Of a DNA stretch of 64,000 nucleotides, positions 1-14,008 are shown piece by piece. The DNA lies in contig OX597827.1 of the NCBI GenBank assembly GCA_951406725.2, positions 80,352,001 through 80,416,000 of the forward strand. The letters are read 5' to 3'. The translations under genes and the position numbers were made by a program. Source of the DNA: Octopus vulgaris. Its lineage: Eukaryota. How positions within the stretch are numbered: position 1 is the first letter of the stretch; every line of letters begins with the position of its first letter. The notes beneath the pieces were generated by a model. It was not told where the DNA came from, searched no databases, and was given only the letters and a program-made list of their open reading frames with translations.

Positions 1-266
1 ATATATATTTTGGGAGAGGCATTTATGCAGTATTTTCTTCATAATTTCCTTCAACCATATCGCATCATGATTGTGTTCCTTGCTTACATCTGTTTCCCTG
101 CCACAATGATGTTAGTTGTTTCTGGAGTAAAAGAACATTTACAACCCTGAGGGTGTAATCTTTCATACTCTGATATACAACATGTGGGTTTTGAACAAAC
201 TTGTAGTTTATTAGAAAATTACTATTTGTAAATCTCACGACGTGAGATATTCAGCTACAGTACTTT

Positions 267-553
267 GGAGTAAAGATTGTTTGCCAACATAACATGGCAG
301 TCCTGGTTTAGAACAAATGCTGCTGTAATTTAGCCCCAGGAGACATAGTCTCCAGCTGGCTATATGACACGATCTGTGTCCTTATATTTTCGAACAAGGG
401 AATCTAGCACCACCACTCTGCTCAAAACAATATTTGCGTATCACGATTTCCAGGTTATTTCCCTTCATCAGCACAGAATAATTGTTTGGCTAGAGGTGGC
501 AACATCCATCCTAAACCAGGACTGCCATGTTATGTTGGCAAATAATCTTTATT
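267..553. mobile_element. Non-autonomous repeat with ~45-bp inverted arms around a CTGATGA...GAAA core (Penelope-derived or MITE-like)
   Basis: ggagtaaagattgtttgccaacataacatggcagtcctggtttag (267-311) is mirrored by ctaaaccaggactgccatgttatgttggcaaataatcttta (511-551); a second copy lies at 21870-22100. Confidence 0.6.
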
Positions 554-1936
554 GTTTTGCTTTCAAATAATTTTTATTTTTCCAGTAACAAAGTTTTCTT
601 CTCTTACCACTCATAGCTTGAGGTTGGTCTGTTTGCTTGTGAGTGTTTCTTGGTGACATCTCCCTCACAGTTTGGAGTATCTATCATTTAGCTGGAGCTG
701 GTGGTTTGTGAATTCATTTTTTCACTTTGCATTTGATGACTGTCCCTTTGTTGAATTTTTTTCCAGAGCCTGTCAGTTATTTTAGAGGGCTATATCTATT
801 CTGGCTCAGTATTATCTTATGGATTGGTACCTTTTATTCACATCTGTTGTCATACAGTTACTGTGGCACAATATAGCAAAACATTCAAAGCCCAAAAGCT
901 GGGAGTTTGAAATTGTACAAGTTGTTCCCTAACAATTGCATATAACATCAAATTGGTGGTTTTCTCAATTTGTGCTGAGATTGTTTCCATCGTATAATAC
1001 TTTATGTATGTAAATAGAGGAGTTATACTTAAATCTTAATCTAAGCTGCAATTCCAGTTTTTTCATCTTTCTCACTATTGTGAGATCACAAATGACTACC
1101 ACATGTCTGTGTAATGACACTGGTTTGTTCTTGCTGTGATATTTGTTTCCTATCTTTAATAGCCTCCTTACAGAAAAAAGTTTAGTGTTGCCAATTGTAG
1201 TATTATTATTTGTACATTTTGGATGAGTGATTTTATTTGGTAAAGTGAAGTATTTTGTAACAAATGGAGAGAGAAATTTTAATTTTATTGTTGAGGTTGC
1301 TTTAGTTCAGTGATATATTTTTCTAGGGATTTTGTGGGGTTTTCTCTTTTGTTATTTTAGCTCTTTGTTCTTGTTTTGTGAAGAAACCTCATTTCAACTA
1401 ACCTTTTACAGATCAATTCTAAAACACTATTTTCTAAGCCTGAGAAAGCTATTGCACTCCAACAAAATTTTAGAGAGTGCAAGTGCACCTCCTCTTCCTG
1501 GGCCCTTGTCCATTGGACTTTGCACAGAATCAAATATCCAATGAAGTTATCTTTCATGAATGCCTGAAATAAAATAGAATGAAACTGTTATAAAATGATT
1601 TAATTGATGTTTGGTTCTATGTTGACCAGTGATTTATATTTTCTTCGTCAAAGGTGACAAAATACTCCCTTTTGATCCCATAAACCTTTTGTCAATAATT
1701 GTTTATATCTCGTTTCAATTTAGTTTCCCCAATCACCTGACTTTCCTTAAAAATGTACTTACATTTCATACATAATATATTACAGTTCGAGGAAGTCACA
1801 TTACTTCTAACTATGTACAACTTTCCAGGTGGATTCCATTCCTCAGCATTTAGTAATTTTATAGAATCATAATTGGGATCATCTGAATTTGTTTCTGATT
1901 ATTTAAATACAATATTAAAAGATTGGGAGTTTTTAA

Positions 1937-2329
1937 TCTCTTATATATATAAAGCTGAAGTTGTCTGTGTATGACAGGTTTGGTAGCCTTCAACTAACAC
2001 TATCTCCTCCGAGATCCTGCAGCACAAGTTGACCAAAATTGAGAGTATGATGGAAGAAAGCTTGCTCTTCCTTCCTTAGAAGAAAAAATTCAAATCAGAC
2101 CATGTTAACACCAAAAATTATTTACATGAAAAAGGTGCTTTTTTTCTATGAAAATCCTTATTTTTTATGATTTTTTGTGTGCTGTGTTGCCATTTTTTGG
2201 TGTATTTCAACCAGAAAAATGTTCACTTAAAGAGAATAACAAGCTACATAATGCAACATTTTTACTTTTCAAAAATTCCAATTCTAAAGGGGCGAAACAA
2301 ACCCGAGCAATGCCAGGCGATACTGCTAG
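1937..2329 (+). mobile_element. Non-autonomous Helitron-like element
   Basis: Inserted between A and T, with a 5' TC start, an imperfect subterminal GC hairpin (cccgagcaatgccaggcg), a 3' CTAG end and no TSD. Confidence 0.65.
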
Positions 2330-2344
2330 TTACAATTAAAATTA

Positions 2345-2590
2345 GAGGCCTACAGAGTCAAGTAAAATCAAATGGAAATTGTAGCTGTGGCCGATGCCAG
2401 TGCCACCTGACTGGCTCCCGTGCTGCTGGCACGCAATAAGCACCATTTGTGTGTGGGTCGATGCCTGTGCCGCCTGACTTGTTCCCTGTACCATGGCACG
2501 TAAAAAGCACCATCTGAACATGGTTGATGCCATCCCTTCTGCCCTGGCTGGCTCCTGTGCCAGTGGCACATAAAAAGCACCATACGTCCA
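2345..2590 (+). mobile_element. RTE-LINE 3'UTR/SINE fragment (gccagtggcac...taaaaagcacc repeats)
   Basis: Same internal repeat units as the 3' UTR of the RTE element at 41050-41400 and the copy at 22820-23310. Confidence 0.6.
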
Positions 2591-4391
2591 ATACATCTTT
2601 TAGTCAATTTCAGTTTATAAGACAACACAATCTTCCTTACTTTACCCAAATAAAATATTTAACAGAAATATTTGCTACTCTCTCTCTAGTTATCATCCAT
2701 AAAAAGCAAATTTGAAAACATGAGATTATCATCATCACTGTTTTAATATCATTTTTCTTTCCATGGTACCATAAATTCAGTTGATGTGTACTACATAATT
2801 CTGCTTCATTTGTATGTTCTGTTGTGGTTTCCATGTTAACAGCCACCTTCCATTATCAACACAGTACTTTTGCAACCAACAAGTGTTGTGTCTGTTCATC
2901 TCACATGTATATTGGCACAGCTGCACCATTTTGCAAACTTTATCCTTTAATACTCAGCTGTTCTCTTTGTTTACTTGTACAATGCCTTTAGATATTGAAT
3001 GATACACTTATATAAATAGCAATACTCTTAGATTCTGGAAATTTTCACAACAATAATTCATGTTTGATTGTAATTTCATTAGGAAAGATAAAACACAGTT
3101 AACTTTAATTTGTATTTTATTAAAAAAGAATTAAATAGGAAAGACACCACAGGTAATATGTACACATGAAAACCTGACTAAAACATAATTATGGTCTTTT
3201 TTTTTCATGTCACACTATTATAATTCAACCGAACATTACAGACTATATCCAGTGCAATATTTTTACAGTGTTCGAGTCTTGATTAAGTAAATTTGATATG
3301 AAAATATTTAAATATAAATGAATGATAGTAGCTTAAGAATTATTTGAGTGAATCTCAAATTTCAGGCAAGAGATCATTTGAAAAAAAAAAAAAAGAAAGC
3401 AATATAAACTCAGAATCTGTATAAAATAAGATTTAAAAATGTGAATATATAAATTGAGCTAATCCATTTAAATTACTTTGAATCCTTATAAAAGAAAAAA
3501 AAAACAACAAAAAAAAACACAACATTCAATGTCGGCTACATTTGATTAGCAATAAGTTGAATGTATTTCCTATTGCAGTAAACATATCAAGAAAAAGTTT
3601 TACGGAAAATATGTATATTGTTTAGGAAAAAAAAAATAATAAAAACCCCAGCAAAAAACAAATGAGAATGTCAGTTAATATAAAGTAAATAAAATTTATG
3701 AATGATTATCCAGGTTGGAATTCTTTTTCATTGTTAAATATTGAGTGTTCATAAAGAAATTTTTCTCTGAAATACAAATGGACTGGTATGTAAAATTGCC
3801 AAGTTATTATTATGGACATTAATCCATTGTTTTATTTATAACATGAAGCATCACACATGGAAACAAAAACTAGAATTCCACTTAGTTTTACTGTTTTGTG
3901 TCTATTTATTGAAAATTTAAGCATTCTATTTTTTAGTCAATAAGTCAAATTTTTCTGGGAATTGCATATTCCAAAATAAATTAGATATAGTAGAGCAAAT
4001 AATGTTCAGAGCTTATATTTCAATGGATGAATTTTGTAAAGCAGACAAAAAAAAAAAGAAAATCAGAGTAGACTACCATTACTTGGCTTTTATCTCCTGT
4101 AAACACAAATCATCGCTGGAGGAAGGAAGATATGTTCAATCAATCACTTGAATATCATTTGCACCTGAGGTCAGCTCCAGGCAACTTATCACTTCTCTCT
4201 GTTGTGCTTTTAATAATTGTGTTACATTTTATTGGCATTCTGACCTAATTCTTGTTCTTCCACATGTATATCAGTCTTTGCTTCTTTTTTTGTTTTTGTT
4301 TTGTTATTCTATTTCTTTCCTTTTGAAATAATTTTCATTATGGAATACTCTCCTCTGATAAATTAAAAGAGCTGTATTTCCTTTGAGGTTA

Positions 4392-4433
<42 letters not shown>

Positions 4434-5929
4434 AACTGCTTTAGATCTCAACATTTGAAATACATTCCATTTTTCTCTCATTTTATACAACTCAGTCACC
4501 TGAATACTCAACTCCAAATAATTCAATGGTTTACCAAACCTTTATTACATAAAAGGGGGTTTAAAAACCTTACAAAAAACTAGTCAGATGTAGCCGTCTA
4601 TAGGTCAGTTTTTTCATTTAATGTAAAGTATCAAGACTATGTCTATTTTGAATTCTCAGTTTTCTATAATGAATTGATTACAAATTTATTCTAACCCAAG
4701 TGCTATGTTGGTCACATTCATGTTACTTCTCTCCCATATTCTTAGATATACCAATATTTGCATTTTCTTTTCTCGATGAAATATCTTGCCTTTACCCTTA
4801 CAGTATTTAAAATTAATAATTATGTAACTTTCCCCAGTCATAAATATTTTCATTTACAAATCTCAGAAGTTATTGATATTTCTTCCTCTAATGTTTATGC
4901 CATTCCATTACTAGCTTCAAAAGGAACTTTGCATGTGTATCATATAACTGAAAGTTTTGAAGTCTGGGTGTTCCACTGGTTTAGGTTTCTTAAGATCATT
5001 AGCCTTCATCATTCCTTTTTAATGTGTGTCTAACATGAAAGCATTAATTAACAGAACTATAATTTTCATTAATAGAGAAACCTTTGAATCCTATGTTGTC
5101 TGTCCATCTTTACCAAATCAATTCTCTACTCTCTCTCTCTCTCTCTCTGTATTGAACGTTTTCTCCAGTGTCCTTCGTAACAGAGCTTTACTTGTTGTTT
5201 TAAAGATTCACTGATTTTTATTCAGTGAATCAAACATTCGAAAATACATTTAATATATTTGAAACATAAATTTACCACAGTTTACTGAGTAATTGGAATT
5301 CTTTGGAGGAAATATTGTCAATTCGATGAAGACCTTTGACTCTCTGGTGTAGGAAACATGTTCTGAAATCATATAAAAAAAGGTGTGAGGTAGGAATTAT
5401 CTCAGTTCAAACATGTACGAAACAAAAAATATGCAATGATTTGATCAGAGGCTCAGAAACAAATCATATATAATAGTAATTCCTTCATTGAGTGACATGC
5501 AGATTAACGATGTGCCACTTAATGATAGATTTTGGAGCTGTACTTGCTTCACCAGATTCAATCTGAGATTGTGTGGTGGAACTGAAACAGTCACATGGTG
5601 GAAGAGTAATTTTGAACCTTTTAAGAACACAAAATCTGTTGTATTCACTTTATATTCATTTCTTAATAATACTGTCTACAATGAAGGGTCAAGAAGTTTT
5701 ATAATACCTCTGCAATCTGGTCACTGACAGTAAGTGTGTCAGTGACCAGGTTGCTAAAGAGCAATGAGACTTCTTGACACTTCATAGAAGACAGTATTTT
5801 AAGAAATAAATGAACAGAGAATGTAACAATTTTTTGCCAAATTATAAATGTTATGAGAACTTTTGTGAATTAAGAACGTTTTGTGAACTTGTATATATTA
5901 CGCTAATAATAAGTGATTTATTATAGATA

Positions 5930-6061
5930 GGCGTAGGAGTGGCTGTGTTACAGGTTCAGTCCCACTGCGTGGCACCTTGGGCAAGTCTCTTCTACTATAG
6001 CCTTGGGCCGACCAAAGCCTTGTGAGTGGATTTGGTAGACAGAAACTGAAAGAAGCCCATC

Positions 6062-6099
<38 letters not shown>

Positions 6100-6448
6100 G
6101 TATGTGTGCGTGTGTATACATTTGTGTGTCTGTGTTTGTCCCCCCAACATCGCTTAACAACCGATGCTGGTGTGTTTACGTCCCCGTAACTTAGCGGTTC
6201 GGCAAAAGAGACCAATAGAATAAGTACTAGGCTTACAAAGAATAAGTCCTGAGGTCGATTTGCTCGACTAGCATTGCTTGATAACCGATGCTGGTGTGTT
6301 TATGTCCCTGTCATTTAGCGCTTCGGCAAAAGAGACCGATAGAAAAAGTACTGGGCTTACAAAGAATAAGTCCTGGGGGTCGATTTGTTTGACTAAAGGC
6401 GGTGCTCCAGCATGACCACAGTCAAATGACTGAAACAAGTAAAAGAGT
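5930..6448 (+). mobile_element. tRNA-derived CORE-type SINE (family 1) with internal microsatellite and a 125-bp templated insertion
   Basis: Head ggcgtaggagtggctgtgt..ggttcagtccc, core ggcaccttgggcaagt, (TA)n tract, tail gactgaaacaagtaaaagag; related copies at 6716, 13614 and 46686. Confidence 0.85.
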
Positions 6449-6715
6449 TTTTAATTTTTGATGAATGAATATCTTAATGTTGTAAAACTACTTTTTCTGC
6501 AATAAGTCTGTTGTTTGCTTACTACACTTTTTTCTTTTCTTCAAAACTGGAGGGTGTTCAGGGAAATGGAAGCTGTCCTCAGATTAGCTTTTACTACATC
6601 TGGATGGATAGCAAAACCTTCTGATCAATTATGTCTCAGCCTGCTGCTTTATAGTGATAATAATGAACAATCAATTCTATCAAAACTTAAATTTGTTAAC
6701 ATCCACTTTTTGTTA

Positions 6716-7068
6716 TCTCTTTTACTTGTTTCGGTCATTTGACTGTGGCCATGCTGGAGCACCGCCTTTAGTCAAACAAATCGACCCCCAGGACTTATTC
6801 TTTGTAAGCCCAGTACTTTTTCTATCGGTCTCTTTTGCCGAAGCGCTAAATGACAGGGACATAAACACACCAGCATCGGTTATCAAGCAATGCTAGGGGG
6901 ACAAACACAGACACAGAAGCACACACACACATGCGGGCTTCTTTGAGTTTCTGTCTACCAAATCCACTCACAAGGCTTTGGTCGGCCCAAGTGTGCCACG
7001 CAGTGGGACTGAACCCGGAACCATGTGGTTCGTAAGCAAGCTACTTACCACACAACCACTCTTGCGCC
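6716..7068 (-). mobile_element. tRNA-derived SINE (family 1), inverted relative to its neighbour
   Basis: Reverse complement of the family-1 head, core and tail. Confidence 0.85.
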
Positions 7069-7734
7069 TGTGTTAAAATATTATATATTTGTCAATTACA
7101 CCTTCAGAATATATTTGTATAACTTTGTTATCTTTATAATAATTAATTTTCTTACACATTGTATGTTTAGCACAGTTTCTCTAATTTACTCATTTCTGAA
7201 TCTCAACCCTTATTTCAGATTAGACTTTACTTAGATTATAACTGCTCCCATGCTTGTATAATATTTACAATCAGTTCTAATGATCTGTTCCTTTTATTTG
7301 TTTCCTTTTCAAATTTTTCTGCACATATCCAACCACCGAAAAAGCAGACACTGCTTTTATTTTCTTTGTTTGCTTTATTGATTGCGTGAGTGTCTGTTTA
7401 GAATGACAGTAAAAATCAATGATTACTCTGCAAAACAGAAAGTTCTTTGCCTTTTTTGTTCTTTTAATTTTTCTTAAATAAAGTTATTTTGAATAGAGCT
7501 CAGCTCTGTTCAACGTCTTTTATTTAGTCATCTATGGGTTACACAGAAAATGAAATCAGTCACAAGAAAAATGAAATGCAACTGCTACACATTATAGAGA
7601 CTGGTGTCTATACCAGTATTGGTCTTTTAAGGTTTCTGTCGTTAACTCCCAGTTCAACCCTAACAGAGCAAAAGTATGACCACAGGCATTCTAGCTGTGA
7701 TCATCTGATCTTTTCTGAAAGACCCGGAGGCTAT

Positions 7735-8003
7735 TTCTAGAGCGTCGGCTGTGGGGGTCATTCCGAAAAGCTCTACCTGCGACGATTTCATCTCAATCGA
7801 AGGAGAGGAGCTTTCTCCGTCCGGGTTGCGGATCCGTGGAACAAGCTGCCAGACGAGATGGTAAAGATGCCGACGACCGCTTTGTTCAAAGCCTCCCTGG
7901 ACCTCAAGTGGCCTGAACTCTTTACATGAACACCACCCTGTACTTAACTCCATGTCCCCCTACATGGCCTTGCTATTTGCTTTTGAGCCAAACTAACTAA
8001 CTA
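7735..8003 (+). mobile_element. 5'-truncated CR1/L2-type LINE 3' end
   Basis: Encodes GHSEKLYLRRFHLNRRRGAFSVRVADPWNKLP (the RGH..KL..F..RV..WN.LP C-terminal motif of CR1-group ORF2); GC-rich island ending in an (AACT)n tail. Confidence 0.75.
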
Positions 8004-8321
8004 CAAAGAAGATCCCTCACAGTGGTAATAGTAGTAGTAATAATTGTTATTAGTGGCTCTAATAGTTAAGTCTAGTAAAATACATTCAAATACTGATGAC
8101 AGACAGAGAAAGATTGTCCTTGTTTTCATTTGGTAACATTTTTAATACAATTGGTTAAACATTTATTTTGAAAATATATTGGAATAGGAGAGAATTCACA
8201 ACAAAAATAACCTCATTCTTTTCATTGCTATGGAAATATATACATATGATCCTACACTTTAAACTATTGAATCTCATTAAGAATAATGGCATGAATTCTT
8301 TTGACTGAAAAATCTTATTTA

Positions 8322-8815
8322 TCATCATCATCATCATCGTTTAACGTCCGTTTTCCATGCTGGCATGGGTTGGACGGTTCGACTGGGGTCTTGGAAGCCA
8401 TGAGGCTGCACCTGGCTCCAATCTGACCTGGCAGTGTTTCTACAGCTGGATGCCCTTTCTAACGCCAACCACTCTGAGAGTGTAGTGGGTACTTTTTATG
8501 TGCCACCAGCACAGGGGTTAGAGGAGCTGGCATCGACCATGATCAGATGGTGCTTTTTACGTGCCACCAGCATGGGGGTCACAACTACAATTTCCATTTG
8601 ATTTGATATTGATGTACTTGACCTATTAGGTCTCCTCAAGCACAGCATGTCGCCCTATGATCCAAGGTACTTTTGGATGGGCTGGTCATGCTACACTGGT
8701 GTAGGTTACAGCTATGAAATCACTTTATTTGCCGGGTCTTCTCTGTCACAGCATACCTCCAGAGGTTTCTGTCTTTTGCCATTGCCTCTGTGAGGCCCAA
8801 CGTTCAAAGGTCATT
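8322..8815 (-). mobile_element. RTE-LINE 3' end / RTE-tailed SINE
   Basis: (CAT)n-cgtttaacgtccgttttccatgctggcatgggttggacgg is the reverse complement of the RTE tail at ~41360-41405. Confidence 0.8.
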
Positions 8816-10524
8816 TAGCTTTGGTAATATTTCTTTCTGTCCTTCAAATTTTGAATTTTTACTTCTTAAATTACTCATAAACCTAACTTTTACTTCACAA
8901 TTCTTGTTAATTCTATATATTTGATAATGGTCTACTGTACCTGCTTTTCCCTGTTCCAACCCACACTTGATCCTCTGTACTTTTTGTTTGTCTCAGTCTG
9001 TCTCTATTTCTCAAGAACTACTGACTTTAAATAATTTCAACAGTATATTGTGAATGCATAAGTCTCACTCACATTTCTTTGGATCATCTTTATAACTCTT
9101 CTTGTTGACTGTGAATTCTGGTTGTAATCTAACACTCATAGACTAGTTGTTGCCCTTGACAAAAGCAAAACTGTTGTACAAATTTGGAAAGAGAATCCCC
9201 TGCAAAAGCTGCCCACAAATCATGTAAGATTGAATGTCTTTCATCATGGGTCTACTCAATTTAAGCTGAATGGAGGATAAACAAAACTACTAGAAGCCTC
9301 ATTCTTTCACAATATACTTTGACAAAGCTTCCCCTGATTAGCCTTCAAATAGAATGTCCCTATAATGTTCAGTTGTCTTTTTCGCTTTCTTCCCCCTCAA
9401 CTTTTAGATTACTTTCTCTTGCCTCTAATTAAACCCCACAACTCTCCCAACTCCTTTTGCAATTTCAATATTTATGAACAGCAGAGCTAAAAACACACTA
9501 GAAATATTACATTTATTCAAACTCTGTCAAGAACATACATACATGGCATGCCCATACATTTATATAAAATGAACACAAAATTATTCACCTGTAATAATTA
9601 GGAAAGGTATTTTTCTTTGGAAAAAGGTTCAATATTTGTTTGTACCTGGACAATTTAGAGTGAAAATTTCAACTTTCTTTGAACTGCTTGATATATTGAC
9701 TGTATCATGTTCATTTCTCTTCTAGAATAGAATGGAGGCATTTTTTTTTCCTTTCAGTTGAATCACTTTTACATATAATACATTTTATAATATATAGAAC
9801 TTCAAAAAACAACACTAGTCATTAATATTTTCTAATTATTGTTACTAGTTCAACGTTAGCCCTGGCTGAGTACAGTTATAAATGTTTTGTTTACACATAC
9901 AATCACACATATTTTTGATAAGCTGCAGTTGTACATCATTAGGGTCCTGTAAAGGATTATATATCTGTCGGTGAAAGGGATTTTAATGCCAAAATTTTCC
10001 TTTTATGGATTTTCAAACCACTTTCTTGCAACTGAAATTGATATCAAGGCTGACCTGTCCACTCTGTTCAACAGCATTATTACTGACCATGGCATAAATA
10101 ATAAAGCTATTGGATCCAACATTTTAAGAAATAGTAACTGACATTTTTTTAGATTTAAGTGTAAAAAATAATGACAATAAGTAAAATTAATATTTACAAT
10201 AACTTTAAAAAATTTATTTTCTGTATCTATGTTTGTTTTTTTTTTATTTATGTAAAACTACGTATTTAATACATTTTTTTTTATTCATTGAATTTCATTT
10301 ACAGTAACTTTCAAATAAAATTCATTTATTGGAACAAAATGAACAAATTTATACAACAGTTTTGTTACTTTTAAAACAACATTACAAGGAAGACTTTGAA
10401 GTCATGGGGTATTTATAATTCTCAGTCAACAAAGATCAAAACAATTTAAGACATTGTTTGAGTTGTGCAGTTTCCTTTTTGGCTATTACCAAAATACAAA
10501 CTAATTACTGAGATAATTATAAAG

Positions 10525-10630
10525 TTTGTTAACACATTTCGGCTGATATAGCCTCCAGCCTTCATCAGGTGTCTTGGGGAAATTTCGAACTTGGTTCTCA
10601 TTCCTAAGGTATTTTTCAATGTTGTTGTTG

Positions 10631-10665
<35 letters not shown>

Positions 10666-10810
10666 GTTGAGGTCATCGAACTGGGAATCTTGGGGTTAGT
10701 AGCCCGCACTCTTAACCACTATGCCATATGCCTGTGGGCAAGATGAGGACAAATATCTGTCAAATGTAAATAATGTACATAATTCCTCATCTCTTAAAAA
10801 TAGAACTGTA
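10525..10810 (-). mobile_element. Penelope-like terminal repeat relic with a hammerhead-like core, interrupted by (TTA)n and a tRNA-like SINE head
   Basis: Minus strand reads GACAC CTGATGA A GGCTG-loop-CAGCC GAAA T GTGTT at ~10531-10575. Confidence 0.5.
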
Positions 10811-12623
10811 CACTTTCAATGTTTATTTTATTGTTAGTCTGCTGAAAATATGAAGTAACATTCAGTATATTTCTGTTACATTTTACTCTGTATGTATAAT
10901 TTACATTAAACCTTTAATTATCATAAAAATTACTTTGAACAAAGCATCTTTTTATAATCAGAGGGAAATAAAATAAGAATGCTAAATATTAAATAAAATT
11001 ATAAATGAGTAATAAATAATTCCATATTGATCCCTAAGAATGTTTCTTCTGGTGAAACTGCAAGGTAGCAAATACAAGAGAACAATAAAGATTTCACTGC
11101 TTTGTATCCAATACAGAGTACAGCTAACACTTGTTCTCCTCCCCCTCTCAGCTCTATCAACACATAGTATACACTCCATTCATTTTCCTTCCCAGTTGCT
11201 TAAAGCTTCTTGCTTTCTATAGGAAACGAAAACACTACCACCACCTAAACAAAATACCCAATCCTAATCAGATCTGCACACACACACACACACACACCCA
11301 AAATGTTTCCCAATGATATATATATATATAACATAAATAATAAAATGACAAAATGTGAACTTTTGTAACAAAATTAATTCCACCTGGTTAGAAGAAGAGG
11401 ATTGAAAAAATCTAATTGTACTGTTTTGTGTGACTTACTCAGTTGTACTGTTTTTATGGCAGAGTGTGTGTTACAGAGGATTGATGTGAATATATAGCAT
11501 GGCTGTCTGCCTGCTGCTGCTGTATTTATGTTTGTTACTGCCTTCCTGATACTTCAGCTTTCTTTGTTTGTTAGAAGGGGCTGCGGGAAGCAGGAAAGAC
11601 CCTATTGTTTTGTGTTTCTTTTGTCAACATGCTTTGTGTGTTGAATGACAAAGAAGTTTATGTCAAGAGATCCAGTCCATTCAAACATTTTTTCCTACTT
11701 CTCATTATGCTTTATAATAACTATTTAGCTACCAATATCTGCAGCCGAGACCCTTCAACATCTGAGCTCAAGTTTGTTTGTATAGAAGGATCTGCACATA
11801 ACTGAAGAAATACTTAGTTGTTTGTCTCAATCATAGATTTTATTTTAGCAGTAGAGTGTAAGTGACCATGTAGTATTAGCTGTACAACAAAAAACCCTCA
11901 ATAACTAATAATAATTAAGCTAAAGCAGAAAAACCAGTGTGTGTTTTTAATAATGTGCAATTATAGAACAGTAATTTCTTCAGAAATATTTTAAATTAAA
12001 ATTTTCAAATATTGTCATAAAAATTAGATTAATATCAGTGTTTCTTATTTCAGATAAAACTTTAGAGTGGACAAAAATAATATTTCTTAGAACAGTAAGA
12101 CATTAAAAAGGAAGTGGAAATGAAATTTTGTTTTTGCCATTTTCTGAGGATCATCAAGTAATTCCTTTGTGATGTTAAGTTTTAACAATGCATCTGTTTA
12201 TGAGTTTCTTTACTGTTTATATCTGGCTCATAAAATATAGCCAGAGTGGAAAGTCAAGCTACAGAAGTTTGTATCATCAAATATTACTACACTATTAGTA
12301 TTTGAAGCTCAGTAGTTATATCCTGCCATCTATCATGTGGGTCACTGGTTTCTAGCACCAATCAAGGAATAAATGGACTTTACTCACTAACCATCATTCA
12401 TTTGCTGATTTGCAACCTGACACATAATTACCAACCAGTTTTATGGAACCACATCACCAGATTGGTGACAAATTTTTTTGTGATAGCTTGTCATAGAGAC
12501 AAACACCGGCATAAAATATATTTTGGGACCTTATTATAGCAATTGGTACCAGTTTAGAAACACAAGTAACTATAACCATTTTCTTTTCAAAGTAATTTCT
12601 CATAGCATGTTTATTTCCTTATT

Positions 12624-12677
<54 letters not shown>

Positions 12678-13613
12678 TGGAGGAGAGAATGACTACAATG
12701 CTAAATGTTTCTTTATATTGGTAATCTTGTTTAATACTTGAAAAGAAAAATAACAAAGATATTTCTATTGAACTATAAAATTTTTTCTTTTTAGATTTAT
12801 ATTGAAATCAAATTAAATGCTACATAAATATTGAAACACTTCACAGATAAACTTTTTTAATATAGGCAGAAAATATTTAAAAAGCCACGAAATTACAATC
12901 TTTCAGAAGCTAATTAATCCAACCAGTCCTTGCTGTTCATATTAATTTGCTTTCTGTTTACAAGCAATGAGTGTTTGCTATTCACCATTCCCAACGTAAA
13001 TATGCCGTCCCTTTTCCTCTATTATGTTTATCATAAACCCTTTATTTACAGGAGAAAAACACATTCTATTTTGTTGTTGTTGTTGCTGCTTTGCTTCAGG
13101 CTCACTCTGATTGAGTAGGAATATAATCTAAGGCAGTCTAACCATGACTGTCTCATCTTCTCAGATGTATCTAAGAGTACATTATCTCATGTATCCTTTC
13201 CTTTTTTAAGGTGATAGAGTACGATTTGAAGCTATGATTTCCAGCAAATTGAGCAGTTATCTGGTGACTCCCTTGTTGGCTCTTAAAGGCTCCTAACAGC
13301 AGTTTCATCAGAGAATACATAAGTGATTACCTTTTTTTTTCTCTATTATTTAGATTTTGGGAGGTATAGAGTCATAAGATTTATTTATATATTTGTTTGT
13401 AACTTAAGAATAATTAAGGTATATAATTTAATACATACATATTTTCTAATTACTTGATCAGAGTATAAGCTCATAGTTAATTATTTTGCTGATTGTCACA
13501 ATGAAATATTTAATAATGTGGAAATTTATGCAAATTTTTGAGAAGTATTTTATAGTAGTGTATGGAATTTAATTGTAAAATCTTTATATTCCACTTAGTA
13601 ATAATTGTTTTTC

Positions 13614-14008
13614 AGGAGTGGCTGTGTGGTAAGTAGCTTGCTTACCAACCACATGGTTCCCAGTTCAGTCCCACTGCGTGGCACCTTGGGCAAGTCTCTT
13701 CTACTATAACCTCAGGCCAAATAAAGCCTTATGAGTGGATTTGGTAGACAGAAACTGAAAGACACCTGTAGTGTATATATATATATGTACATGTATGTGT
13801 GTGTTTATGTTTGTCCTCGCTCCCAACATCGCTTGACAACTGATGCTGGTGTGTTTACATTCCCATAACTTAACATTTGGCAAAAGAGACTGATAGAATA
13901 AGTACTAGGCTTACAAAGAATAAGTCCTGGGGTCATTTTGTTTGACTAAAGGCAGTGCTCCAGCATGGCCACAGTCAAATGACTGAAACAAGTAAAGGAA
14001 TAAAAGAA
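13614..14008 (+). mobile_element. tRNA-derived SINE (family 1), near full length
   Basis: Head with A/B-box-like tggtaag/ggttc, core, microsatellite and tail match the other copies. Confidence 0.85.

Larger units (their letters stand above)
2760..11500 (-). pseudogene. Probable decayed multi-exon immunoglobulin-superfamily gene (C2/I-set-like fragments)
   Basis: Minus-strand fragments with Ig-like words: VTVSVPPHNL and, frameshifted, ESGEASTAPKSIIKWH (~5500-5600); a clean phase 1-1 exon at 5276-5362 (HVSYTRESKVFIELTIFPPKNSNYSVNC); YTCKVPFEASNG (~4900-4940); LSIKG*SLQNG..YTCE (~2900-2960); EHDTVNIS (~9600-9720). Stops and frameshifts are frequent. Possible first-exon donor GA|GTAAGT at 11438. 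Confidence 0.35.

Noticed and set aside
13614-13690. tRNA gene candidates at SINE heads
   Set aside because: A/B-box-like words continue directly into SINE core and tail, and no complete cloverleaf is evident.
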